The notes under the pieces are model-generated. The model was not told where the DNA came from, ran no database searches, and worked only from the letters and a program-made list of their open reading frames with translations. This document shows, in pieces, positions 1 through 9,478 of a stretch of DNA of 64,000 bases. The number at the start of each line of letters is the position of its first letter. Position 1 is the stretch's first letter. The position numbers were made by a program, and so were the translations under genes. The stretch covers positions 192,001 through 256,000 of the forward strand of contig CAVSHR010000004.1 in NCBI GenBank assembly GCA_963727625.1, in the 5' to 3' direction. The stretch comes from an uncultured delta proteobacterium. Its GTDB lineage: Bacteria > Desulfobacterota > Binatia > UBA9968.

Positions 1-8
1 ACGCTTAC

Positions 9-569
9 TTGAACGAGTGGAGACAGCGCCTGCGCTATTACTGGCGACGGACGGAGTTAAATTATTTACTGATGCGGGCTCGACTGCGGGGACCTCCGCG
101 TGTGCTTCTCTACGAATCTGACACGAACGTGGCGATCCTGCGTGCCTTCGGCGCCAAGATCGGGACGTTCGTGCGTGTTCATGCGCCACTAGTGCTCCAT
201 GCGGCCGAAGATGGCTATGCCAATCTCGACGTCGGTGACGGATGCATACTGAACGGAAATGTTTACCTAGACCTGACCGGCAAGATCACACTGGAGAAAG
301 GTGTGAGTCTCGGGCCAGGTACCATCCTAATGACCCACAATAGGTTCAACTACAACCCGCTACTCGAGGAGCGACTTGCAAACCAGTGCGGCGTTGCTGA
401 GGTACTCGTAGAAAGGGGCAGCGGAATTAAGGCAGGCGCAATAGTGAACAAGGGGGTGACGATCGCGGCGAACAGCGTCGTTGCCGCCGGAGCTGTAGTT
501 ACGCACGATGTTGAAAGTCTCTGCGTCGTCGCGGGCATACCAGCGAAGGTAATTAGTCGAATTGAGTGA
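9..569 (+). CDS. Hexapeptide-repeat (LbH) acyltransferase, polysaccharide O-acetyltransferase-like; may start upstream of the window
   Basis: Left-handed beta-helix repeats and C-terminal VVAAGAVVTHDV..VVAGIPAKVI motif; frame is open to the window edge. Confidence 0.85.
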   Translation: MNEWRQRLRYYWRRTELNYLLMRARLRGPPRVLLYESDTNVAILRAFGAKIGTFVRVHAPLVLHAAEDGYANLDVGDGCILNGNVYLDLTGKITLEKGVSLGPGTILMTHNRFNYNPLLEERLANQCGVAEVLVERGSGIKAGAIVNKGVTIAANSVVAAGAVVTHDVESLCVVAGIPAKVISRIE

Positions 570-681
570 TCCAAGCGTTCCTGGAGCCATTCCGGGGGCC
601 GGAGGACGTTTTCTTGAAAGGGGAGGATGGATAAATCGACGATGCCCGGGGACAGTGTAAGTGGGGTGGATAAAATGAACG

Positions 682-836
682 TGTAAGTCAACCCTTTATC
701 TGACAGTCGGTCGATAAATCCTCCTCGTCAGTTGTTGTTACACCTCCACTCACGCCGCCAGTATCCTTTTCTTTGGCCAATGGGATCGTATCGATGGAAG
801 TTGCATTGGTGTTTTACCGCAGCACCAGCGACCCTG
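682..836 (-). pseudogene. IS481-family transposase C-terminal remnant with element end
   Basis: Minus strand reads QGRWCCGKTPMQ/(frameshift)SIDTIPLAKEK, like the IS481 tail GRWCYGKTPMQTFxDxxPLAKEK; followed by TGTCAGATAAAGGGTTGACTTACA with a TGT terminus at 682. Confidence 0.65.
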
Positions 837-992
837 AAACGTAAGCGGAATACGACCGGCGCGTCTAGCGCAGGAAGGGACACTCGAGACGACGGCGACA
901 AGCCGTCACGCGACTAAATTGCGATTGTAACCTCGACCGACGAAAAAGCGGAGAGCAAAATCTTTTCGAGAGATGGTGCTAAGCTTTCGGAT

Positions 993-1020
993 AATTTGGC
1001 GTCCCCGACGGGATTTGAAC
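993..1020 (-). repeat. att site: 28-bp copy of the tRNA-Glu 3' end (distal island boundary)
   Basis: AATTTGGCGTCCCCGACGGGATTTGAAC is identical at 993-1020 and 7123-7150. Confidence 0.92.
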
Positions 1021-1093
1021 TTGAAACGGTTAATTTTGATGATGTGAGTGAAGGGACCGAAGTCATTGATATATTTGCGCTAAGGAAGCCTAG

Positions 1094-2578
1094 CAGCCCG
1101 TGGTGAAAGTCGAGAATGAAGTGGGAGAGTGATGGAGAGTAGTCGACAGGAACGATAGATCGTGTAGAATTTTTTGCATGGCGATGGGACAACGAAAACA
1201 CGAAGAGCAGAGAGCGATGTGGGTGGGAGTGAGCGAGCTGCCGAAGTCTGTGAGCCACCCGTTCTACGAGAAGCTCAACGGGTTATTGGCCAAGCATGGG
1301 TTCGACGAGTTTGTCGAAGCGCAGTGCCGGGCGTTCTATGCCGAGAAGATGGGGCGGCCCAGTCTGGCGCCTGGACGATATTTCCGTTTTCTATTACTTG
1401 GCTACTTCGAATGCCTGGACTCTGAACGCGCCATGGCGTGGCGCGCGGCGGACTCCTCGGGAGTGCGATCGTTCCTTGAGCTGGGGCTGACCGAGTGTGC
1501 ACCGGATCATTCGACGATATCGCGGACTCGGCGATTGATCGATTTGGAAACCCATCGGACGGTGTTCACATGGGTACTTCAGTGTCTGGGCATCGCCGGA
1601 CTCATCAAAGGGAAAACGCTGGCGATCGATGCTACCACGCTCGAAGCGAACGCGGCCTTGCGCAGCATCGTGCGCCGCGACACCGGGGAGAGCTATAACG
1701 AGTTTTTGACCAAGCTGGCTGAAGAATCCGGCATTGAGACCCCAACGCGAGCCGATCTGGTGAAGTTGGATCGCAAACGTAAGAAGAAAGGATCTAACCA
1801 GGACTGGGAACATCCGCATGACCCCGACGCACGGATCGCCAAGATGAAGGACGGACGGACCCATTTAGCGCACAAAGCCGAGCATGCCGTGGACCTGGAG
1901 ACCGGTGCCATCGTGGCGGTCACGCTGCAGGAAGCCGATCAAGGCGACACGACCACGATCCAGACGACGCTGCCTGAGGCAATCGAGCAATTAGAAGCGG
2001 TGGCTGCGATCATCGACGACAAGGTGAAGATAGGCAAGGAAGTGGTCACCGACAAGGGCTATCACAGTAAGCAAACCGTGCTCGATATGCAGAACCTAGG
2101 ACTGCGCACCTACATCAGTGAACCGGATCGCGGCCGGCAGCACTGGAAGGGTCAGCAGGCTGAGCGTGACGCGGTGTATGCCAATCGGCGGCGCATTCGA
2201 GGCGAGCGTGGGCAGCTATTGATGCGGCAACGAGGTGAGTTGTTAGAGCGACCCAATGCGCATCTCTACGAGACCGGCGGCATGCGCCGGACTCATCTGC
2301 GCGGGCACGGCAATATTCTCAAACGGCTACTCGTGCACGTAGCGGCCTGCAATCTGGGCCTGTGGATGCGCACGTTGACCGGAATTGGAACGCCACGCGG
2401 CCTACAGGGCCGTTTTGCCGCCGTACTGGCTATCTGTTTTACTCTGTGGGTGCTACTGCGCGACCAACTAACCGCTCATCGGCGCCGAGGACTCGACCTG
2501 AGACTATTTGCGCTCCCAAGTCACCGCTTCGCCGCGATCCCATGCGTTTTGTAAAAATCGGACTTCTACCACGGGCTG
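1094..2578 (+). mobile_element. IS5/IS1182-type insertion sequence, apparently intact
   Basis: Terminal IRs CAGCCCGTGGTGAAAGTC (1094-1111) and GACTTCTACCACGGGCTG (2561-2578), 2 mismatches; CTAG on both flanks (1090-1093, 2579-2582) consistent with a target duplication. Confidence 0.9.
1178..2554 (+). CDS. IS5/IS1182-family DDE transposase
   Basis: GRPSL, PDHSTISR, AIDATTLEANA, VTDKGY and R..LLER motifs; lies between the terminal IRs. Confidence 0.92.
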   Translation: MAMGQRKHEEQRAMWVGVSELPKSVSHPFYEKLNGLLAKHGFDEFVEAQCRAFYAEKMGRPSLAPGRYFRFLLLGYFECLDSERAMAWRAADSSGVRSFLELGLTECAPDHSTISRTRRLIDLETHRTVFTWVLQCLGIAGLIKGKTLAIDATTLEANAALRSIVRRDTGESYNEFLTKLAEESGIETPTRADLVKLDRKRKKKGSNQDWEHPHDPDARIAKMKDGRTHLAHKAEHAVDLETGAIVAVTLQEADQGDTTTIQTTLPEAIEQLEAVAAIIDDKVKIGKEVVTDKGYHSKQTVLDMQNLGLRTYISEPDRGRQHWKGQQAERDAVYANRRRIRGERGQLLMRQRGELLERPNAHLYETGGMRRTHLRGHGNILKRLLVHVAACNLGLWMRTLTGIGTPRGLQGRFAAVLAICFTLWVLLRDQLTAHRRRGLDLRLFALPSHRFAAIPCVL

Positions 2579-3095
2579 CTAGGGGATTGCTGGCGTTATC
2601 CCAATATATCCCGCATATCACCCATCAAATCCCGTAAAAACCGGAACGGTTCCGGTTTATGGCCAGACTAAAAGCCTAACACTTTTGCGCCTGGATTATT
2701 CTTCAAGGCGCGGTGTTGTCGGCGTAAGCCGCGGGGGTGGCATTTAAAAATCGCAACGTAGGCGCCCTCCATCATCACATGGACTCCATGGCCAAAAACA
2801 TCTGAAATTTTTCACCAAATTTTCGAACTCAAAGATCGCGGTCCGTTGAATGCCGTTCAAAAATAGACCGTAACTAGTCCGCAAACAAAACGGGGAAGCC
2901 CAACAAAACCAAGCCCTGAGAGCTGCCGACGATCGTGGTTTTTGAGGCTTGTCGTTTCAGGTACGCGGACAAAAGAAGGACAGACGGATTTTTTGTAGGC
3001 TCGAATTGAGTCGATGGAGAATAAAGCTCGAGCCTAGCTAGTGGCTCTCACGGTCTAAAAACCAATCTGCAAGAATCGCCGAACTCGAAAGACAA

Positions 3096-3218
3096 TTATC
3101 TGAACACTTTATCCGCCCGCGCCAGTACGTCCGGCGGAATCGCCAGGCCGATTTGCTCGGCGGTGATGAGATTGATCCCGAAATCAAACCTCATTGGCTA
3201 CTTCGTGGGGAGATCAGC
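3096..3218 (-). pseudogene. C-terminal fragment of an ABC substrate-binding protein (PF04392 type)
   Basis: Minus strand reads ADLPTK*PMRFDFGINLITAEQIGLAIPPDVLARADKVFR*, matching the family tail ADLPVEQPTKFELVINLKTAKxIGLxIPPxVLARADKVI; has an internal stop. Confidence 0.75.
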
Positions 3219-3563
3219 GCACGTTAAAGATCATTGCCGCTATGGAAGATCCAGCAGTGATTGTCAGAATCCTCACTCATCCGGCCCTCCCTCCTCGCGC
3301 CCCGCGCGTGTCCCGGCCCAGCAATTCGATCTATTCCAAACGACCAGAGAGCCGAAAACCGGTTGCCAACAAAGCCGACGGAGCTGCTCACTCTGAGTTC
3401 GAGCGAGCAGCGCTATATGGAATCTGTCACGCGCGCCCGACCGCTACGCGGCCCGAGCCAGCCAAAGCAACTCGGGATCTTTATCAAATAGATGGGGATT
3501 GACAACTCTCCGGTCCGACGCTATGGCTCGGGCTAGAAAAATAGGTGGTTTAAATGTCCTATA
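3219..3563 (+). pseudogene. IS91/ISCR-family transposase C-terminal remnant plus oriIS-like end
   Basis: TLKIIAAMEDPAVIVRILTHPALPPRAP/(shift)PAQQFDLFQT resembles the IS91-family C-terminus; GGTTTAAATGTCCTATA at 3547-3563 resembles oriIS (GxTTTxAAxTTCCTAT). Confidence 0.7.
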
Positions 3564-4846
3564 ACATCATGGAGAGCAATCCGTCTGTGGAATTCTCCCA
3601 GAAGCCACGAAAACTTCCTATTATCGCGCTAGCTACTACCGTTTGGAATGGCCAGTGGATGAACCGTCAGCAAATTCTGTCGCGATTGGCCCAGCGCGGC
3701 TGGCCGATCATTTATTCCAATGGAGTTCTATCCGTTACGCAGCGCCAATCAGAAGATTTCAAGAATGCACCTTGGTTGGGTAGCGTTGAAACGCTCAACG
3801 GAGTGACCGTCGTTAACGCGAACAAGTTACCGGCGCGCTGGCCGCGATATCCGCGATGGGACCGGCATGTGTTGCGCCGGCATGCCAGACGGCTGAAGGC
3901 GCTTCGGCCAAATCTGGATTTCTCGAATTTGATCTGCTACGTGTTCAATTCGGATTACTGGCCCTATGTCGAGCACCTCGGTCCCAAGTATCTGGTCTAT
4001 CACGTCTACGATCAGTTCGAATTGATGGGCGAGCCATCTTACAGTCTTGAGCGGGATCAGCTGGAACTGGCCAGACGAGCCGATCTACGGATAGCATCCT
4101 TCCACGGAATGGTTAGCTCCCTTCCCGATGACATCCGGAAGAGCTTCCGCGAGTTGCCGAACGCCGCTGACGGACTACGGTTTGCCGCTGCAGACGGCTT
4201 CCCCTGTCCGGAGGACTTGGCCATAATCCCGCGCCCCCGGATCGGATACGTCGGAAGCATCAACCCGAAAGTGCACTTCAATCTCGTTCTGCAGATCGCT
4301 AGAGAGCGTCCGGATTGGCATTGGGTGTTTGTAGGCGCGTCTCATCTTGAGAACAGGGCAAGAACGGGATTATTTGAGCAGAGTTCGCGAGTCTGGCACG
4401 AGTGTCTCCGCCTTTCCAATGTGCACCATCTGGGCTATCGCAGAACAGAGGATATTCCGGTCTATGTGAAACATATGGATGTCAACGTTCTCTGCTACAG
4501 GACAGATGAGGGAGGGTGGTGGCGGACAATTTCCCCCCTGAAATTACACGAGCAATTGGCGGTAGGAAAACCGGTAATTTCCTCACCAGTAGAGGCAGTC
4601 CTACCTTTTCGCAAGGTCGTAGCATTTGCAGACGATGCATCAGAATGGATCAAAGCGCTATCCGAGGCAATAGACGGCCGGGGCGCAGGAACACCGGTAG
4701 AACGCCGGGTCGTCGCCCTACAAAATAGTTGGAACCGGCGCGTGGACGTATTGGAAAACTGGTTGCAGGACATGATCGAAAGCCGTCCCTACCCCATGGA
4801 TTATAAGGCGACGGACCAACAATCGACGAGCCCGTGCCTGCTGTGA
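3554..4846 (+). CDS. GT-B fold glycosyltransferase (GT4/TuaH-like); start may be ATG 3569
   Basis: RQQILSRLA, LVYHVYD, PRPRIGYVGSI and SPLKLHEQLAVGKPVISS motifs. Confidence 0.85.
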   Translation: MSYNIMESNPSVEFSQKPRKLPIIALATTVWNGQWMNRQQILSRLAQRGWPIIYSNGVLSVTQRQSEDFKNAPWLGSVETLNGVTVVNANKLPARWPRYPRWDRHVLRRHARRLKALRPNLDFSNLICYVFNSDYWPYVEHLGPKYLVYHVYDQFELMGEPSYSLERDQLELARRADLRIASFHGMVSSLPDDIRKSFRELPNAADGLRFAAADGFPCPEDLAIIPRPRIGYVGSINPKVHFNLVLQIARERPDWHWVFVGASHLENRARTGLFEQSSRVWHECLRLSNVHHLGYRRTEDIPVYVKHMDVNVLCYRTDEGGWWRTISPLKLHEQLAVGKPVISSPVEAVLPFRKVVAFADDASEWIKALSEAIDGRGAGTPVERRVVALQNSWNRRVDVLENWLQDMIESRPYPMDYKATDQQSTSPCLL

Positions 4847-4998
4847 ATGGCCTAGCGCATGAATCGGCCGATTAGGAACGAGCGCAGGCAATCGCGACCA
4901 CCTAGCGCCGAGCGCTTGATGCGCTCCCGGCGTGCGGTGGCGAGGCTGTTGACCCTGTACTACCATGCTGCGGATCGCAGCCGCGATCGGAGGAGTCC

Positions 4999-5985
4999 GT
5001 GGAAACTTACAAGGCGACGATCGTAGTCGTGCCGCGCGACCACTTCAGCGATACGAAGGAGTCCCTCGAAAGCCTGAATGCGTTTACTGATCCGTCCTGC
5101 CCGCTGGTTTACGTGGACGGCAATTCGCCGTCAGGGATTGCCCGATATCTGAGGGAACAGGCGCGCACACGGAACTTCAAGTTGCTGCGCTACGACCACT
5201 ACCTCACACCCAATCAGGCGCGCAATGTAGGCGCCAGCCACGCGGACACCCGGTACGTCGTATTCCTCGACAATGATGTCATTGTGTCGCCGGGCTGGCT
5301 TCTGCCGCTTATCGATTGCGCTGATTCCACCAATGCTGCTGTGGTTGGGCCGCTCAATTATGAAGGGCGTCCGATTCACCGAACGGTCCATTTCGCCGGT
5401 GGCGAGACCCGGATCGTCGACATCACGGAGGATGGCGTGCCCCGCCGACACCTCGTCGACGAAATTCACAAGGAGTCCATTCCGGAAGGCAGCGTACTAA
5501 CTGCCCTTGCGGAATTCCATTGCATGCTGGTGCGGACCGATGTCTTTCACCGCCTCGGAGGCCTCGACGAACGCGTGCTGAGCACCCGGGAGCACATCGA
5601 CTTTTGCCTGACGGTCCAGCAAGCAGGCGAACAGATTTACTTCGAGCCCCGCTCCCGGATCACTTTTCTCCCTCCAGCTCCCCTGAGGCTGTCGGACGTA
5701 CCCTATTTCGCCCTGCGATGGAGTGATCTCTGGGACGCAGCAAGCTTTCAGCATCTTCAAAAAAAATGGGGGCTCGAAGAGGATACGTATTTTGTCCGCC
5801 GGTATCAAAACCTAGGCTGGCGGCGGCGAGAAGTTCTGATGTGCGAGGGGTTGCTGCGGTGGCTGGTTTCCTGGCGCGTTCGCATTGCTGCCGAACGGCT
5901 TTTGCATCCGCTCGAACGGCGTGTCAATAACCTGATTGCCCGGCGCCATGCCAGGCGGTATGGCAATCCTTCGTCTACTTCGTAA
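4999..5985 (+). CDS. Glycosyltransferase family 2
   Basis: TIVVVPRD, YVDGNS, ARNVG, VVFLDND (DxD), GGLDE, EHIDFC; GGAGGAG RBS before GTG. Confidence 0.9.
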   Translation: METYKATIVVVPRDHFSDTKESLESLNAFTDPSCPLVYVDGNSPSGIARYLREQARTRNFKLLRYDHYLTPNQARNVGASHADTRYVVFLDNDVIVSPGWLLPLIDCADSTNAAVVGPLNYEGRPIHRTVHFAGGETRIVDITEDGVPRRHLVDEIHKESIPEGSVLTALAEFHCMLVRTDVFHRLGGLDERVLSTREHIDFCLTVQQAGEQIYFEPRSRITFLPPAPLRLSDVPYFALRWSDLWDAASFQHLQKKWGLEEDTYFVRRYQNLGWRRREVLMCEGLLRWLVSWRVRIAAERLLHPLERRVNNLIARRHARRYGNPSSTS

Positions 5986-6063
5986 GCCGCCGAAAGCACC
6001 ACACCTGATGTCGATTCCGGGGATGTCGTACAAGGTCATTATGACGGGGATCGCGCTCCTTAC

Positions 6064-6162
6064 CGGCCGGCGATCGCCAACGAACGGCGCAAATGTAATC
6101 GCCCCGGCCAAGTCGTGTTGCAACTGAAGAGTCCTTACAAAGACGGCACCACCCATGTGGTA
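6064..6162 (+). pseudogene. IS91/ISCR-family transposase internal fragment
   Basis: Reads RPAIANERRKCNRPGQVVLQLKSPYKDGTTHVV, like the conserved IS91-family segment RPAIAxERL...GQVxxxLKxPxxDGTTH. Confidence 0.75.
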
Positions 6163-6292
6163 CGGACATGTAAGGGCCGCAGGCTACTTTGCCGAATCGT
6201 TGCACCACGGTCAGCGTGAGAGTCTTGGACCAGATTGCGTTCTTAGAGCGCAGCCTGGCCTTTTTTTCTAGTTAAGCTTTCTCGGCCGTCTC

Positions 6293-7063
6293 GTGACTTT
6301 CGTGTTCGGGCCCAGCTTGGCTTTTACTTTCGCCTCGTACTTATTATCGCATCTCACCCGTTTCTTTTCCTTGAGTTCGCCAGCTTCTTGTCTTCGGTAC
6401 CGGACCGCTGCGGCGGCTGGAAGACTCCGCTTGCACGTGCTTGAATGGAGGAATCAACCGACTAATGACCTTGACCTGTTTACTGACGAAGAACGCGACA
6501 AAATTCTGGAGTTCTACCGTGACAACCGGCCATTTAAGGCTTACGTTTTTGTTCACAATCAGTTTTGGACGGGTATGCGGCCGAGTGAAGCAGTTGCCCT
6601 GCGTCGTGGTAAAGTGAATCTTACGAACGGCACGGCGATGATTGTGAGGTCCAGGCAATTAGGTGCCGAAGACGCACCAAAAGGACGCGCAAGCAGGCGA
6701 GCAGACAAGCTCTTGGCGAACGTTATCGACCTTCTGAAGATCACTGAAACCCTACACCAGCAGCCCGATGACTACGTATACACAGACGAGCAGGGTAGGC
6801 CAATTGATCAATCAGAATTTGTGCGAAGCTTCCAGGGAGTGTTGCGGGTTCTGCACATCAGACCACGGCTATTCTACAACACCCGACATACTTATATCAG
6901 CGTTGCCCTAACCGCTGGTTGCAATTTCAAGTGGATAGCAGAGCAATGCGGAACATCGGTGCTTATGATTCAGGAGAATTACGGCAAGTATATCCGTAGC
7001 GATGGCGATGCACCGATGCTCGCTTATTTGTCGCAATCAAAAGACAATAACAAAGCATTGTAA
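6293..7063 (+). pseudogene. Tyrosine recombinase/integrase, N-terminally truncated (homology from about 6460)
   Basis: FWTGMRPSEAVAL (Arg), YNTRHTYIS (HxxR variant), WIAEQCGTS and ENYGKY (Tyr); no N-terminal binding domains; ends about 60 bp from the att core. Confidence 0.8.
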
Positions 7064-7126
7064 AGGAAAAAACCGAAACGTAAGCGAAATTTTCTCAATT
7101 GCCGGCTCTAAGTACGCGGAAAAATT

Positions 7127-7204
7127 TGGCGTCCCCGACGGGATTTGAACCCGTGTTATCGGCGTGAAAGGCCGGTGTCCTGGGCCGAGCTAGACGACGG
7201 GGAC
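7127..7204 (-). tRNA. tRNA-Glu(TTC)
   Basis: GTCCCCG/CGGGGAC acceptor stem, anticodon loop CTTTCAC, GGTTCAAATCC T-arm, encoded CCA. Confidence 0.97.
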
Positions 7205-7208
7205 GCGA

Positions 7209-7284
7209 TGGTGAGCCGTGCTGGATTCGAACCAGCGACCCTCTGCTTAAAAGGCAGATGCTCTACCGCCTGAGCTAACGGCTC
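7209..7284 (-). tRNA. tRNA-Lys(TTT)
   Basis: GAGCCGT/ACGGCTC acceptor stem, anticodon loop CTTTTAA, GGTTCGAATCC T-arm, encoded CCA. Confidence 0.97.
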
Positions 7285-7307
7285 GCTGGCGGATTCGGAA
7301 CCCTATT

Positions 7308-7336
7308 TTCATAGCGGGAATGCTTCGCTAAGTCAA
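7308..7336 (-). promoter_or_regulatory. Putative sigma70 promoter of the tRNA-Lys/Glu pair
   Basis: TTGACT-N17-TATGAA on the minus strand, about 23 bp before tRNA-Lys. Confidence 0.6.
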
Positions 7337-7550
7337 ACAATCGGCCCCAATTTGGCCGCAAAAATCGTTCGAGAATCAAAGCCTTACACCGCGCGAAATG
7401 AGCGGCCCGGGGGCTCTAAATCAGCTCGGAGGCGAATTAAGTTCGTGTCGTGTGTTCGTGGATCGTTTACTCAAAACATCATGATCACGGGTCACGAGCA
7501 CGGCCGTCGATGCGGTGAACCAAAGAACGCAGACCCAATCGGGTCGCAGT

Positions 7551-8384
7551 TTATCGCTGCTTTGGGTCGAGCATGTCGCGTAGGCCGTTGCCCAAAAGAT
7601 TGAAGGACAGAATCGTCAGAAAAATCGCCCCGGCGGGAAAGGCGATGATGTGGGGATAGCTGCGCATGGCGCGGTAGCCGTCTTGCGCCAGCGTGCCCCA
7701 GCTGGTGCCCCAGGCGCTGTATGGGTCGTTGATGCCGATGCCGATGAAGCTCAAGGTCGATTCGGCGAGAATCGCCGACGGAATGCTGAAGGTCAGCGTG
7801 ACGATGATCGGCCCGAGGATGTTGGGCAGAATGTGGCGCAGCATGATTCTCCAGCGCGAGGCACCGAGCGCGTTGGCGCTCTCGACGAAGAGAAATTCCT
7901 TGGCCTGGAGCGCCTGGCCGCGGACGATGCGGGCGAAGCGCACCCAAGAGACCAGTCCGAGAGCGACCAGCAGGCCGCCGATGTTGCGGCCGAACAGAAG
8001 CGACAGCAAAATAAAAATCAGCATCTCCGGCAGGCCGTAGAAGATATCGACGACGCGCATCATGAATTGATCCAGGGTGCCGCCTCTGAAGCCGGCGACG
8101 AGACCATAGCTTGTGCCGATGACCAGCGCGATCAGCGCGGTGCCGAGGCCGACGGTGATCGATACCCGCGCGCCGTAAAGCACGCGGGTGAAAAGATCGC
8201 GTCCGAGGTTGTCGGTGCCCATCCAGTGCGACCGGCTCGGCGCTTCTAAAAGCTGCTTCGCTTCCAGGCCGCCGACGGAGTAAGGCGCAATCCACGGCGC
8301 GAGATAGCCGAGTACGACAACGATGCAAACGATCAGCGCGCTTACGATGAGCCAGGGATTTGCCGCCGCCGTTGATTTATTCAC
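7551..8384 (-). CDS. oppC: Oligopeptide/dipeptide ABC transporter permease
   Basis: HWMGTDNLGRDLFTRVLYGARVS, EFLFVESANALGAS (EAA loop), HILPN, ESTLSFIGIG, GNGLRDMLDP. Confidence 0.92.
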   Translation of the reverse strand: MNKSTAAANPWLIVSALIVCIVVVLGYLAPWIAPYSVGGLEAKQLLEAPSRSHWMGTDNLGRDLFTRVLYGARVSITVGLGTALIALVIGTSYGLVAGFRGGTLDQFMMRVVDIFYGLPEMLIFILLSLLFGRNIGGLLVALGLVSWVRFARIVRGQALQAKEFLFVESANALGASRWRIMLRHILPNILGPIIVTLTFSIPSAILAESTLSFIGIGINDPYSAWGTSWGTLAQDGYRAMRSYPHIIAFPAGAIFLTILSFNLLGNGLRDMLDPKQR

Positions 8385-8400
8385 GCTTCCCTCTTGGTGC

Positions 8401-9318
8401 TCAGTTGGCTCGAATGCGCGGGTCGACGTAGCCGTAGAGCAGGTCGACGACGAAATTAGCGCAGACCAGGAGCGCGGTATAGATCAGCGTGACGCCCATG
8501 ATCAGCGGATAGTCGCGGTCGGTTACCGCGGTGATAAAAAAGCGTCCCATGCCGGGGATGGCGAAAACATATTCGACGACGAAGGAACCGGTGAGCAGTG
8601 CGGCAGCGAGCGGTCCCATGACGGTCAAGACCGGGATGAGCGAGTGGGACAGCGCATGCTTCATCACGACCATCGATTCTTTCAAACCCTTGGCGCGCGC
8701 CGTGCGCACAAAGTCTTCGCCGAGGGTCTCGATCAACGTCGAACGCAAGAGTGCCACCAGATAGGCCGCCGGCGCGGCGCCAAGGGTAATGGTCGGCAAG
8801 ATCACGCTGCTCCAATCGTCCCAGCGACCGGCCTGCAGCCAGCCAAACTCGAGGGCGACCGTCCAGATCAACAGCGCGCCTAAAATAAAATTGGGCAGTG
8901 AGATGCCGAGGGTGGCAAGCAGCAAACAAAGGCGGTCGACCAATGAGCCGCGGTAATAGGCGGCGAACAGAGCGACGGGAAAGGCTGCCAGGAGGGCAAA
9001 GATCAGCGCAAGGGCGCCGAGCAGGGCGGAGGTCGGCAAGGTTTCGCCGATGATTTGGCTCACGCTTCGGTCGAGATACTTGTAAGAGGGGCCGAAGTCG
9101 GCGCGCGCGACTCCTGAGAGATAGCGCAGGTACTGCTTCGGTACCGATTCGTCGAGGTGATACTTGGCCGCTAAATTAGCCAAAACCTCCGGCGGTAGTT
9201 TTCGTTCGCTGTCGAAGGGGCCGCCCGGCGCTACCCGCAAGGCCAGAAACGTCAGCGTGGCGACGACCCAGAGAACGATCAATCCATGGACGATGCGCTT
9301 CAGAAGTAGGGCAATCAT
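8401..9318 (-). CDS. oppB: Oligopeptide ABC transporter permease
   Basis: APGGPF, DFGPSY, EDFVRTARAKGL, VEYVFAIPGMG, DRDYP, DLLYGYVDPRIR. Confidence 0.92.
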   Translation of the reverse strand: MIALLLKRIVHGLIVLWVVATLTFLALRVAPGGPFDSERKLPPEVLANLAAKYHLDESVPKQYLRYLSGVARADFGPSYKYLDRSVSQIIGETLPTSALLGALALIFALLAAFPVALFAAYYRGSLVDRLCLLLATLGISLPNFILGALLIWTVALEFGWLQAGRWDDWSSVILPTITLGAAPAAYLVALLRSTLIETLGEDFVRTARAKGLKESMVVMKHALSHSLIPVLTVMGPLAAALLTGSFVVEYVFAIPGMGRFFITAVTDRDYPLIMGVTLIYTALLVCANFVVDLLYGYVDPRIRAN

Positions 9319-9478
9319 TACCTGCGCTGACTGTAACCCGTCGAGCCGTTATTGTCATGCGCGGTCGACTAAAGAGAAAATTGTCTTTCCAATTGCATTG
9401 AGGGGGGAAACTCCAAGCAGATCTTTCGCTCTGCTCATCAGCGAGACCTTCGCGCGGCATAGGGCGCCTGCGGCGAAA

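Larger units (their letters stand above)
993..7150. mobile_element. Genomic island integrated at the tRNA-Glu 3' end (decayed)
   Basis: 28-bp direct repeats, integrase remnant beside the tRNA, IS elements and glycosyltransferase cargo inside. Confidence 0.8.

Noticed and set aside
993-1020. Possible extra tRNA-Glu gene
   Set aside because: Only the T-loop-to-CCA portion is present; it is an att remnant
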